From Eledone cirrhosa (Eukaryota), in assembly GCA_964016885.1 (NCBI GenBank), contig OZ024742.1, forward strand, positions 140,306,001 to 140,370,000: a DNA stretch of 64,000 nt, written 5' to 3'. The notes under the pieces are model-generated. The model did no database searches and had not been told where the DNA came from. It saw nothing but the letters and a program-made list of their open reading frames with translations. Made by a program: the position numbers and the translations under genes. Shown here piece by piece: positions 12,100 to 25,699 of this stretch (its first letter is position 1; every line of letters starts with the position of its first letter).

Positions 12100-12830
12100 A
12101 CATGAGATGTAGTGGGATAATGGGTAGATGAAGAGGAAAGGAAGACTTTGTATGTAAAAGATGCACAGGAGTAATTGAGGAGAGCATCAGTGTTATAAAC
12201 CTCTTCAAGTCACAGGTAGGGTCAATAGAAGTGGTTGATAGCTTCTGCTATCTAGGTGACTTAATTAGCAGTGAGAAGGGTGCTCTGAGAGCATAATAGC
12301 TAGAATAAGGATAAGATGGAAGAAGTTTAGAGAGCTACTCCCACTGTTGACAACAAAAGGTTTCTCCTTACATACAAAAGGACGACTGTATGACACTTGT
12401 GTGTGAAATGCGATGCAGCATGGTAGTGAAACATGGGCAGAATACATGTGTAGACTGGAGAGAAATGAAGCAGCCATGCTCCATTGGATGTGAAATGTGA
12501 ATATGAGATAAAGGCAGAGCTTGGATGAACTAAGGCAGAAACTGGGTTTAAGAAGAATCTGAGGTGATGTGCGGGAGAAAAGACTGCATTAGTACAGACA
12601 TGGATGATGATCGATGAGTGAAGAAGTGCCAGGAAATGCCAGTGGAAGGAAGCCACTGTAGAGGTAGACCAAGAAACATCTGGGCAGAGGTGGTGAGAAG
12701 TGACCTCAAATTGCTGAGACTCACAGAGGAGATGATGAAGAAATGCAGTGAGTGGAGAGATGCTCCGCTGAGAAAGCCCCATCCATCCCATGCAGACGTG
12801 GAAAAAGGAACATAAAAACCATGATAATGA
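12100..12830 (+). pseudogene. Decayed RTE LINE 3' fragment
   Basis: KKCQEMPVEGSHCRGRPRNIWAEVVRSDL; similar to 52900-53600. Confidence 0.85.
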
Positions 12831-12916
12831 CATACACACACATTGACACAGACACACACACACACAAACAAAATAAACAAAATATAGAAATATATTGTTA
12901 GATATTCATAAAAATA

Positions 12917-13225
12917 GGTGCATGGCTTTGTGGTTAAAGCATTGGCCTTGCAATTGAGAGGTTGTGAGTTTTGTTCTCGGACTGGGTGATGTGTTGTGTT
13001 CTTGAGCAAGACACTTTATTTCACGTTGTTCCAGTTCACTCAACTGTAGAAATGAGTTGCGACGTCACTGGTACCAAGCTGTATTGGCCTTTCTCTTGAA
13101 CAACATTAGTGGCATGGTGAGGGGAGACTGGTATGCATGGGCGACTGCTGGTCTTCCACAAACAAACCTTGCCCAGGCTTGTGCCTCAGAGGGAAACTTT
13201 CTAGGTGCAAAACCATGGTCATTAG
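12917..13225 (+). mobile_element. SINE with family A head and a different 3' half
   Basis: GGTGCATGGCTTTGTGGTTAAAGC...CTTGAGCAAGACACTTTATTTCAC. Confidence 0.75.
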
Positions 13226-13579
13226 TGATCAATGGGGGCCTTTAAAATTCACAAAAATAACCAAAGTAGCAAAATGGATAATGATGATGATTGATATATA
13301 TTATGTTTACATTATTTTTTTTACTTGTTATCAAATTGGTATCAACCTTGTATACATTAAGATATTTCTAGTTTTCTATTATGATATATGTTTATTACAT
13401 TTCCATATTAGGTCTCTTCTTTTACTGATTTCAGTTATTATGAGGTCATGCTGGAGTACTGCCTTAAAGAAATTTGAACTAGTGGTGTTTATCTACAAAT
13501 ATTCTTTGTAGAAAATATATATCGTTTCAGATTTGAACTTGTTTGGCAAATGACCTGATCTGAGACTATGTTGAAATTA

Positions 13580-13842
13580 AAGCATTTATATTGTGGAAGA
13601 GTCATTTTAGCCATTCGGCAAAAAACACAAACCTGTTAATGCATTTTATATTTATCATTTATTTTCTGGTGTCATAATTTTTGAGGCACTGACTTGCAGT
13701 GGAAATGTGTCAGTGACCATGCCATAAACAGTGAGACTAAAATTTTGACACTAACAAATAAATGATAAATGTAAAACAAATTTAAGAGTTTTTGTGTATT
13801 TTTCTGAATGGTTTAAATGACTCTTCAATAATGTAATTGCTT
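13580..13842. mobile_element. MITE-like element with ~80-bp imperfect inverted repeats
   Basis: GAAGAGTCATTTTAGCCATTC..TATTTATCATTT versus AAATGATAAATG..GAATGGTTTAAATGACTCTTC. Confidence 0.6.
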
Positions 13843-14839
13843 CATGTTAGCAGTAATAGAACTGCTTCCGGTATTGTTGCATTGATTCTACACTAAATAA
13901 TAAATGTAAGTGATAATGATTTATCAAACTTCACAAGAAAATTGTGATTTCCCTGCATATATAATGTTTAAATCAACATTTACAACTGTAGCATGTTGAT
14001 TTTAGCATTTGCATATTTAATTAGATAAAGCAAAGTAAGGGAATGAGCTTTATTAATGATAACAGTGTAAATTAAGGAAATTTTGCTCCAAGTTAATTAA
14101 CTAATAATTGCATTTTCTTTAGATAAAACAGGATTTGTGTTGTACTATTGTAACTATCAGTATAAGTGCTTCATAACTATGTGGTTTCAGATTTGGGTCC
14201 ACTGCATGGCACTTTGTGATTGAATTTGGTAAATGGAAACTGTGAGGAAGCCTATTGTATGTGTGGGTATCTGTCTTTTTGAGTCTTCATATTGACACTG
14301 TTTAAAGCAAGTGGTGACTTTTGTTTATCTTCTGCATAAACAAAACAACCTGCTGCTAATATGTTAGTAGATGTGTGGTATATATATCAAACATACAAAT
14401 AAGTTATGGATTGGTGTCATGAAGGGCATTCAGACATAGAATTTTGCCTTTAAAAAAAGTTTTGCCCAACCCATGCCAACATGGAAAAGCAGACATAAAA
14501 ATATGTTTGACAGTGAAAAGGAAGTAAAAAAATATGTGGTAGCAAATAGGCTAAAAAGTGTAGGATAGTCACTTAAATTGTAGTTTAGTAATTCAACCCT
14601 TTTGATACCAAACTGCTTGAAACTACACCTGGTTCTGTGATACATAGATATTTATTTTAAAGTGTTTACATTTATCTAAAATCCTCCCATCATAATTTTA
14701 TATACAAACCTTTGTTAAGTTATTCTCCAAACAACAACTTAATAATGTGAAAATTATATTACTTAATCCCTCCAAATTCTCAAGGTTTTCATTTAGAAAT
14801 GTGGTAAGGAATTGTAGTATAGTCACTTAAATTGTAAGA

Positions 14840-16081
14840 TATTCTCTTAATTTTTTTCTTCTGCTAAATAACATTGTATTTATTGAACAAAAGTTATACA
14901 CTGATGGAAATATTAAAACAACGAATAAAAACAAAATGAATTAATGAAAAAAGGGGGAAGGGGGGGGGGGGGGAGGCATAAAGGACTATAAATGTCATGA
15001 CTATAAATGTCATAATGAAAGGAAAAGGAGAGAAAGTGCAAGGACTATTAGGCAATGGAAGAAAGAAAGGGGGTATGGGAGAGGGAGACAGATTCTACAC
15101 CTATGTCGAGACAATGTTTTGGCTGCACCCCACAGACAAAATTGCAATGGCATTTCTGCAGACAATGGCTAGCAACACCTGCTGCAACAGCCTCCCCATG
15201 TTGCAGGGCTCTTTTCTCAGATGGGCTGCTGATCTTTCGATTTTCGGAGGAGCTCGGCTGTATGGAGTCCAAGGATGGCTGAGGTCTCGATAAAAACCAG
15301 TGTAAAGAGGAAGTGGCTGGACAAGTATTTGCTTGTCTTCCTGTCCTCTGCATTGCAGGTCACAGTATACGGGTTTGTGGCCGAAGTGACTAAGATAGAA
15401 GTGGAAAACGTGTCACAGCATGTCAGCTCTCAGCTGAAGGATTTACCTCTTTCGAATGGGAAGAGGGTTATTCTGTCGGGGGGCTTGCCATCTATGGTGT
15501 TGAGGCCTGTTGGCTCCAGTTGTGATGGGAAGCTGGCTGCATCCAGGCTCCTTCTCAATATATCATTGAGAGTGGCATGTCAGGAGAACTGGCTTGCAAT
15601 GTGGCAGCATGACAGTGGGTGTGGTCAATCTCGTCAATAACAGTGAGTGCACTTGTCATCAAGAAGGGTGCTGGTTGATGAGGAAGGAACCGAATTGAGC
15701 CGTGCACTGAGCAGATTGGAGGCCATCGAGGCAGTGTTGGTTCAAGCCAGATATGATCTGCCTGAAAGTAGACCTGCACTTGATGTCATCCCAGTTACAT
15801 TGGACATTTCTAGACTGGGTGACAGGGAGGCCTTCACCAGTCCAGTTGGCCAGAACCTGCTCCAGTTCTAGGGCTGTGTCAGGTTCGGCCATCTTGCTGA
15901 GGACCTCGCTGATGAGGGTGCAACTGGAGGAGATTGAGGAGAGATAATGCTAGATCTGATGGGGATCAGAGGCTGAGGCCACCAAACCTCACAGCGTGCT
16001 TTGCCTGTTGCCAGCAGGTGCTGTCGAAACTAACATTTTAGATGAGTTCCGCACAGCATCGGATTGTGGCATCAAGTTCAC
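14840..16081 (-). mobile_element. 5'-truncated CRE-like non-LTR retrotransposon (restriction-like endonuclease C-terminus)
   Basis: Minus-strand translation across frameshifts gives VRFGGL..DLAL, HATLNDILRRSLDAASFPSQLEPTGL..DGKP(PD), TCCDTF, AEDRKTSKY, IET, RNAIAIL; AATAAA and A-rich tail near 14850; 27-bp direct repeats at 14813-14839 and 16082-16108. Confidence 0.75.
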
Positions 16082-16539
16082 TGTAATATAGTCACTTAAA
16101 TTGTAGGACAGTGACTTAAATTAAACTCTGTTCATTACTGATATATAATATATTAACCTTTTTATTACCATAATTCCAATGAAAAGCATTGTCTATGTGT
16201 TTCAATTAGTTTTTAAAATCATCAAGAATTCGAAAGTGTTTAATATATATGAATAATTTCTCCATTATTAAACTTATTTGGAACATAATTCATGTAAAAT
16301 ATTAGTAGCAGGTGTAAATACTTTATATGGTCAGCTTTGTATCATAAAACTAGAAGTGATCTCTAGTGGGTTGGTATCATTATTAACCTTAGAAAGATGA
16401 AAGTTAAAATAGACCTCACAATGATTTGAACCATGAATGTAAAAGTATATAACTATATGGTACAGGCTCATTATATTTTCTGCCATTTAACTTTCTTTTG
16501 GATTGTAATAACATTTTTGGAATTTTATCTATTCAACAT

Positions 16540-16960
16540 CATTTCTATATCTACTTTTCCATGCTTGCCCCCCTGTTGCATTTCTTTGTGTTCATCATTC
16601 TGTGATCAGCTCTCACCACTTCTGCCCAGGTTTTCCTCAGTCTTCTTCTTCTGCAGCTTCCATAAACACATCATGTCTGTATCAACACAATATTTTCTCT
16701 TGTATGCTACATTTGATTCTTTTCATGTCCAGTTTTTCGTTAAACTCATCTTTGCTTCATCATTCATGCACACTAATGTTACACATCCATTAGAGCACAC
16801 TAGCCTAATTTCTTTCTTTCTTTCATACATCATCTATATCCAATGCCCCTGTCTTATTGTTTCTTAGCCATACAACATTGGACTTTGTATGCAGGCATCA
16901 TATAATCTATTGTTCACTCAGAGAGAGAATCCATCAATTGGAAATGAGAAGAACCTATTG
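16540..16960 (-). pseudogene. Highly decayed RTE 3' fragment
   Basis: Similarity to the RTE C-terminal region (LYDACI..., GKPGQKW). Confidence 0.55.
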
Positions 16961-19900
16961 TAATGTAAATCAGTTGTGTGCTGCGAGGATTTTACTAAAC
17001 ACTTGAACATTATTTTCATCATCAAAACACACCCAATACACTCTGTAAAGTGTTTGGTGTTTGTGAGGGATCCCAACCATGGAAACCATGCCAAAAAAGG
17101 TTGAGAGCACTCTTCAGTTATGTCAAAGATATGATTACCATTATAAAATGCATAGTGCACTCTGTAGAGTGTGATATCAGTGGACCTGATATCACACTTA
17201 GTTTGTGATAGTTCATCCAATCTTTGTTAGCAGAGAAAGTGGACAGTAAATGACGATGATGATGATATTGTTCTTACATCCACCTCTCCATGCTCGCACA
17301 AGTTGGTTGAGATCTATTGAAGTTTTTTCTATGACTGGATACCCTTCCTATAATTAAATATATTAAGTACAGTATATACTGCTAACCCTTGTTGAATAAC
17401 GAAGCTGCAGGATGTATTGTTTACGTGGAACAAATATCACTGCTTGTTTTAAATGATATCAGTATGAAGATGCAGGCAGAAACACACACATACACAATTG
17501 CCAGGAGGTCAGTTCTAATTTCATTAGTTGATAATTTAATGTGATATTCAATTGGATTCTTACTTTTTAGGAATTAAATTTTAAATTAGGATATACATGG
17601 AACAGTCTACATTCTTTTAAATAACCATGTCTAATATTTCTTTCCTCCTTTTCTTATTTATTTATATGTCAATTTCATTTTTAAAACAACTTTAATTAGG
17701 CCATCTTAGAATACAATGAACGTTTTATCTGCTACATATTTTTCAGTCTGGTGATTATCTCTCAATCTTTACTGCAAGTTCTTTATTAAATAATTTCTAA
17801 TAGAGATATAAAGTCACAATGTTTTAGGGGAATGATGTTGTTAATTTAATTGACTATAGTACAAGTATATTTTCTTTTATGGAAGTATTGCTTTCCTGAA
17901 AATCTTGCCATAATTCCAAGGTGCAAAACCAATTTTCACATTGACTTTCATCATCAGACATTTTTACATCTGCTTTCCATGCTGGCATGGGTTGGACAGG
18001 TTACAGTCTGAGACGAGATGGGTTGGAGCGACCAATCTTGCTCATTATGTTCCATATTTATTATGGTTTCTATAGTTGGATGTCTTTCCTAACACCAATC
18101 ACCTTATAGGGTGTACTGGGTTCATTTTTTGTGACACCAGCACTACCACTTTACAGAATGGAGTAAATGCATTTTATCATGATTGAAATGTGTTCTAATT
18201 GGATTCTTTACATAAAAACAAATAAAACAAGTAATACAACCACTTTTACGCATGAAAATAATTTTTAAACACCCATTGTACAATATGTACATAAAACCAT
18301 TTGAAAAGAAATACATTAGGGAGTAAATAAGAACCATTATAGGTATGTTCTCATAACAAAAAAGGTGGTGAAGTGGGATTTACATCACACACTTATACCT
18401 GCTCCTGGAAAAGAACATGTTTTTGATCATATATTTGTCTAATTAATGCCAAACTATGTCTAAACAACAACCACAAAAGTTTAAGCTGTTTGATATCATA
18501 TATATTACCTCCATAATGTTGGAAGTAATATTTTATGAACAAGTATTTTAAGGCCATTTGCTTTGTTAAAGCATGAACTAGCCTTGCAGACACATTGATG
18601 ATTTTCTCCATTTTATCATGTTGACTGCATTTCCCCCTCACCAACTTCTCTGAGAAGTTATTCCACTCATCCACTGAATCATTCTCATTTCCATTTTTCC
18701 CAGCCATAGAAACGATTCCAAAACTGGAATGTATGTAAATAAGATATAGTCCCCTAGTCTGTTTTGGAGAACAGTAACTCTGATTAAGTACTGACTTGGA
18801 AAAGCAAAGTAAAATAATGGTTTCTGATTTAGGCACAGGGCAAACAACTTTGGGGGAGGGGGAGGTCAATTAAATTGACCCTAGTGCATTACTGGTGCTT
18901 TAAGTGCTTCTTACAACACAGGAAGGTATCAGGAAGGGTATCTGACTGTAAAAGATGGCCCAACCCATACAGCATGGAAAAGTCAACATAAAAACGCATA
19001 TAATGAGTAAAAAACAGGAACAAAGTTAAAAGAAACTCATCAGACCAGAACATCCCTGTATCATTAAGTGATTGAGAATACAAGACTCTATGGACTTGAC
19101 CAACATAAAATGAAGTAGTTTGCTCAAGAACACAGCATGTTGCCTGGTTCAAACACATGCCTTCACCTACCAAAATAAACTGATTGTTTGGAGATGGTGA
19201 GGTCAGACAAGAAGAGTGTCAGGTGGGTCTCTTGGTATGAGCCTAAGATTTTGAGGTGGAGGTAGAGGCTACTTGCTTCAAGTTTTAATTTTAATATTCT
19301 GTTCTGTTACTTGTGGGTACATAATGTACACTACCCGTACATGAGTATACCTGTAACTCAAACATAAACCACGTGTTTAGCATGGATTACTAAAATACTA
19401 ATGGGAAGTTTAATATTGGGGATGGATGTATTTTACATCTAGTCAAGTCAGTTACCAGCTTGGGCAGCCTACGTTTTACATCTGGTCCATTCTATTATCA
19501 TTTTCCATCCTGTTACCAGCTATTACCAAGGGGTTGCACTGGGAGCCCCATAAGTCTTCAGAGTCATCATGGGGTCCTTTTTTAGGTAATGTTTTATGGC
19601 CAGATACACTTCTTGGTGCCAACCATTTTAGCCACCCTTACAACACATAAGGTTACCTACTCTAAACCAGATACAGTATATTTTTGTATAGCATAAAAAA
19701 CAAACAAAACAACACAATAAAAGGAATGTGGTGGGAGTGACCTTTTGCTGTTAAATTAGAATAGTTTTTTCTTTCTTTTCTTTAGGTAAACATCTTTTAA
19801 AACTAGTCTCATGGTTGACTGGCTTTGCATTGAATGTGAGGGAGGGAGCTAAACATTTTCAAAGGCACTCATAGCTACACATACCTATCATTTTCTTTTA

Positions 19901-20039
19901 AACTGTATCAGTACTGCCTGTATACACAAATATCTATCAAAACAAATCAGATGTGAATATTGGAACTGTTTTAATTCATACTTTTTTCAACTTCAGTAAG
20001 CATTGTACCTAACCTTCTTAATGCTGCTATATATATTTA

Positions 20040-21375
20040 CTAGCTGAATGGCCCAGCGTTGCCCGGGTTACCTCTGTTCTTTTTCAGATTAGTAAACAAT
20101 AAATATGAAGATATATTTTTTTCTCATAATTATTTCAAAACATCTATATTTTATTAAAAAAATATCAAAATTGTAATGATAATAGAATTTAGAAATGAAA
20201 ATCTGTCAATCTTGAAGCACGTCAGGGTAAAGAATATTCATTGTGTAATTTTTTGTTGGTGTCCAAGTGAATAAATTGTTGCTGCATCCAACTTGTGAGC
20301 AATCAATATAGTGTTGACCATAGGAGAAACATGTAGTAGAGAGATCAAGTCCAACTACCTTGAGGGATTGACCCTGAGATTTGTTAATTGAAATAACAAA
20401 ACTTAGTTTGACTGGAAGCCTCTTAAATTCAAATGGAACAGTTGTAGGTATGAGAGGAAGTTTTAGAATAAAGACTTTTTTTTCAATATTGTAAACAAAT
20501 AAGTATTAACATCCAAAAGAAATATATATTAATCTCTATTTTTGTATGCAGTGTAAATTAACCAAATATAAGCAAATGTATTAACTGCTAATTTAACAGG
20601 ATGAGAATATAAATATAAACGAACAGACACACATATACCCACACAAACATACATTCATGCAAACACACACAGACATACATTCATACAGCGTTTTGTTATG
20701 TCAGTCATCGCAAAAATGTATATATACTCACACACACATACTTTCTCACACAAACACGCACAGACATACATTCATATAAACGCATACGTAGAGTTTCACC
20801 CACAAACAGATGCACATATACTCATAGAAACATACCCTTATAAAAAACACACACATACATTCATACAAACACACAAACACATAGTTTCACCCATGAACAG
20901 ACACACATACACTCACACAAACTAATAGAAAACGCACACAGACATACATTCATACAGCGTTTCGTTATGTCAGTTGTTACAGAAATGCATGTATACACAC
21001 TCACACACATATGTATGTGTAGATGTGTGTGTGTGTGTGTTTAATTCTCTGTATCTGATTAAATATTTACGTTAAGATGTGTGTGTATGTAATTTACTAA
21101 GGCCTAATGTACGTAACAAACGCGCAAACACACACAGACACATACACACTTATATACAAAATGTGACATTGTCGTGATTATATAAAATGTCCGTTTACTT
21201 ATAGTTGACTATAGTAGAATATTTTAGATAAAATGTTATATTGTTTTAATCCAAATGAAAATATAAATTACATGTTAATCCTACCTTGTAAAATTTGATT
21301 TGATTTGGTTGAGCCGTTTGAGAATGCATAAGGAAAAGACAGACAGAGAGACAAAGAATTTTATACATAGAGAGA
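20040..21375 (-). mobile_element. Non-autonomous Helitron with PIF1 helicase C-terminal remnant and CA-rich internal repeats
   Basis: 3' hairpin CCCGGGCAACGCTGGG + CAGCTAG; remnant FEFKRLPVKLSFVISINKSQGQSLKVVGLDL..FSYGQ at ~20300-20460; 5' TC end near 21375. Confidence 0.8.
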
Positions 21376-22139
21376 TATAAATTCACACACATTGAAAAAA
21401 TATGTACTGGAGAGCTCAATATGATTAACTAAAAATCCCTTGAAGGCATGCCCCAGTATGGCCACAGTATAATGACAAACAAATAAAATAATATATACAA
21501 ATGCAGATATCCATCAGAATGGGTCAGATGGGAATTTAACAGAGGTCTACTTTCATTTGTACTTTTCAAACCCAGTAGGCATTGTATCTCATCTTTTTAT
21601 AGCTTTCTTCTGGTAGTTAACATGTTAATAATTAAAGTAGTTAGACTAGACAACTATTGAAAAGTCAGTAACATAAGCAGAAGGGTGCGATGTTTGCTTG
21701 AATGTGGTGGTGAAGGTGAGTTCATATAGGTGTGTTGCTATTATATTGCCTATAAAAGCTACACAATTTACAATAAACATACATGATATATAATATATAC
21801 ACCCACACATAGACACACGTATACTCTTTCACTGGTTTCAGTCATTAGACTGTGGCCATGTGCTGAGGCACTACTTTAAAGGGATTTATTCGATCATGTT
21901 GACTCCGGTAGTTATTTTATCAATCTCTATTTGTTGAACCACTAATATACAGGACATAAACATAGGCACTAACACAAATACAGCCATGGACACTTATATA
22001 TACATACAAATATACGACAGTCTTCTGCAATTTCTTGTCTACCAAATTTCACACAGAATGTATTGATCAACCTGAAACTATAGTAGAAGGCACTTGCCCA
22101 AGGCTGCATGTGGCTAGAGTGAACCCGAAACCATATAGT

Positions 22140-22149
22140 TACACACACA

Positions 22150-22181
<32 letters not shown>

Positions 22182-22182
22182 C

Positions 22183-22222
<40 letters not shown>
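22140..22222. repeat. (CA)n/(CACG)n microsatellite
   Basis: Direct reading. Confidence 0.95.
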
Positions 22223-22224
<2 letters not shown>

Positions 22225-25200
22225 TTGCGTTTGTGTATGTACATACATACATGCTATGAACTGTGTGACTGTTTTGTTCAGTACAAATGTTATATGTCTG
22301 TGTGTATAAAAATGCCTGTGACATTATCAACGTCGGTGCATACACACCCTTTTACATGTGTGTATATATATATATATACATATATGCACACACACTAATA
22401 TACATGTACACTAACATATTTACATATATGAGCTTAATCACTAACATTTTCATGTTGATATTTAGTGTACATTTTGGAAATCATCATCACCATAAATCCG
22501 CTTTCCATGTTATGATGTATTTACTAATCGAGGTGGTGGTACTGGTTGAATAATTGTTATTATTATTATCAGTAATTAATTCCAGTGTTATACTGGTGCT
22601 TTATTTTATGGGGTTGATAAAATAAAGCACCAGTATAATGCACTGGAGTCGATTTAATCTACTTTCCTTTCCCTTCAAATTGTTATAGCTTTGTGTCAAA
22701 AGTAGAAACAATTATTATTATTATTATTATAAGCTTTAAAATGTTTCCAGACTTGATGGCCTGTATAAGTTTTGGGTCAGCTTGGTCTCTCTCTCTCTCT
22801 CTCCCTCTTTCTGTGTCTCTCTCTCTCTTTTTTTCTTTTTCTCTGGAGTTGATAAAGTAATTAATTTCCAGTAATACGACCAGGGATGATTTCTAGTGCT
22901 TCTAGCTATAGAAACCATCTAGTTTATCTTTGACTTAGAAAACCTGTCTAACCCATGCCAGCATGGAAATTGGACATAAAATGATAGTGATGAGATGGTG
23001 ATGTCATCCAGGAAAAGTTGTCAAGTTTCTATGGAGTAGGAATAATAATTTCCCTTTACTTCCAGACTAGAAAGCGAGCAAAGTAACATTATTTTTTAAT
23101 AAGTTGTCGGGGAAATAAATATATAAATAAGAATATATTTGAAAGTTATATACCCACCCATCATCATTAGGAGCAACCTATTCTGATTGTAGGGAGACTA
23201 CCTACTGCCAGGAATGTAAAATCACTTAGTAATTATCTCGCTTCAAAATGAAATAGTCTTGTTTGTTTTTATTACCAACACCCCTACTACTACTACTACT
23301 ACTACTAGCAGTAGTAGTTACAACTTCCACCACTATTACTACTACTATTTCTACAATAGTTGTTGAATAACTTTCTACATACAGCAAAATAATATTTTTA
23401 GTGAACTATCATGGGAAACTCAGTGAGTAAATAACTATTTCATTTCCTACTGTGCTAGTCACTTACCAATTGATCATTCATTGAACCCTTACTGATGTTT
23501 TAAAAATCTCTATCCCTCCCCTCCTTTTTTTCAGATAATAATTGTTTTTATTTAATTTTTGTTTTCCCCTCCCCAGGACCATGAAGCAATCAGAAGATTA
23601 CTTTAAATACTGTAATCTAATTTGGTCATACAGAGTCTGAATGTATTTACATAGCTTCGTGTGATTTAAACATTTTGAAACTAAACCACCTGGAAACTGG
23701 TCCTGCTTCTACAATATAAAACTGTTTGTTTTAAAATAATTTTATGTAAGAACTTTTAAGTTATATGCCAATCATCAGCTTAACAATGAGAAAGATACCA
23801 AGTCAAAAGTGACAATGTCTTTTGTTAGAAATATTGTAATGAATGGGTTTTGTTTAAATTCAGTATATTTCTTGAACAAAAAATTGGTGTATGTTTTATA
23901 GTAGTCGCTATAGTATTTGTGAATTGGTATGAAAGGAAATGCCAATGACATCTGCTGGCATTCTCATCCTAGCTTTCATTTCTGATTGTAACAGTTCACT
24001 GGGATATGTTGTAAACTATTTTTTTATTTTCTGTTATTTTTTATTCTTTCATCTGCTCATGATGAACTGCTATCACTTCCTCTGCTTCAATATAAAAACG
24101 ATAAAGAAGTTTGCTTCGAAACCACATGGTTTCAGGTTTTTGATCACACTGCATGGCATCTTGGGCAAGTGTTTTCTATGATAGTCTCGGACGAACCAAT
24201 GCTGTGTGTGTGTGGAATTGGTAGATGAAAACTCTGCAAGAGCCCACCGTGTGTGTGTGTGTGTTTCTGCATGTCTTTGCTTTGAATTAACACTGAATAA
24301 GACATAAACAATATGTCCCACAGCTCAGCAATTAAACATGTTAGGATCATGAAAAGCAAGGTTTAGTGTCAGGAAGGGCATCGTATCATAGAATACTGCC
24401 TCTTCAAATGTATAGTAGTATATAAAAACAATGACAATGATTTTAATATTTCTATCTTTATACCAAATAGTTTCAATACGTTGTAGATTCTGCCAGACTT
24501 TTCCAATGTCTTGAAAGCATGAGTTGCCATTCAGACAACAATTGATTTACACAAACAGAGTTTGGTGCCTTGGTTGATGGAGGAATTGCATCATATTTCA
24601 GACATAGGAAAACAGCTGCAGTTTGGTGAGTCACTTTTGCACTGTTACTACCTAGGCACACGAAGGAGTCAAGAATCACAAGAGTTACTCTCCAATTGGA
24701 CTGGTCTCTGCTGATGTCCTCCAGAAATCTTACCTAATTCTAAATTTAAGAAATGTATATGTATATATATATATATATATATATTCCATGGCCAAGGGGG
24801 TGGCTGATGAGGAAGTTAGATGCTTTTGTTCATTTGTCCCAAGTATTTCATTTTTTCTCGTGTTTGACTTTGCTATATATGCACACACACACGTGTGTGT
24901 GTGTATGAAGCAGCATGTGAGTACCCTCTGCACAAAAACAAAACCCCAAAACATGCCATTATTCACTATGCTAGAGACTCTGCACATGCAGTAACTGCAT
25001 CTTCACACATCTACCAGGGATGAGATGCACAATTCATACGATTACTACCAGCACATAGCCCACAATGACATCAACACCACAAATACTAAATCAAATGCTA
25101 AAACATGCATAACCCAGAATCCTAAAGTCTGCTGGTATTCCTAACATGAGAGATTATGTCTGCAGTATGACTGCCCTTTCACTCATCTTCCAGAGACTCG

Positions 25201-25699
25201 ACATATTAACAGAAATGAAGCTCCAAGCCAACATCTCACTCACAGTAAAATCACCCCCTGCTACAGTAATGGTGGTCCAGACTTTTCACAAAGGTATAAA
25301 AACACAACCAAATGTGGAAAATATAACCTTATCCAACATTGCAAACACACCTCCAGTCAGAAACCACACAAGAAAACGTTTTTAGCCATGATGAGATACA
25401 AAAAAAAAACCTAGCTATCACACAATGCCAACCACTGCTATTTCCCCAATACCCCCCCCCCCCCCACACACACACACACATTTCTCTTACTAACAAACAA
25501 ACACAAAACAAGCCCCCTGAAACAGTCAAAACCAGTCACTACGCTAGTCTCAATATTTCTACTCAATGTACAAGGTGTCAGCCCATCCATTATTTCACTG
25601 ATGATTGGATTGACAGCCATCAACACCACATCCCTTTCTTCATCCTAACTTACCGACATTTGACTGCTATTGCATTGCTTGAATTAAAAAAATATAATC

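Noticed and set aside
15950-16045. Hammerhead-like CTGATGG...GAAAC on the plus strand
   Set aside because: Core is non-canonical, there is no proper stem III or triplet, and it is the antisense of CRE coding sequence
18393-18869. 158-aa ORF as a possible host exon
   Set aside because: An overlapping frame reads GKMEMRMIQWMSGIT, an RTE remnant; no convincing splice context
24473-24735. Open frame on the minus strand as a possible exon
   Set aside because: No recognisable protein; more likely a decayed LINE remnant
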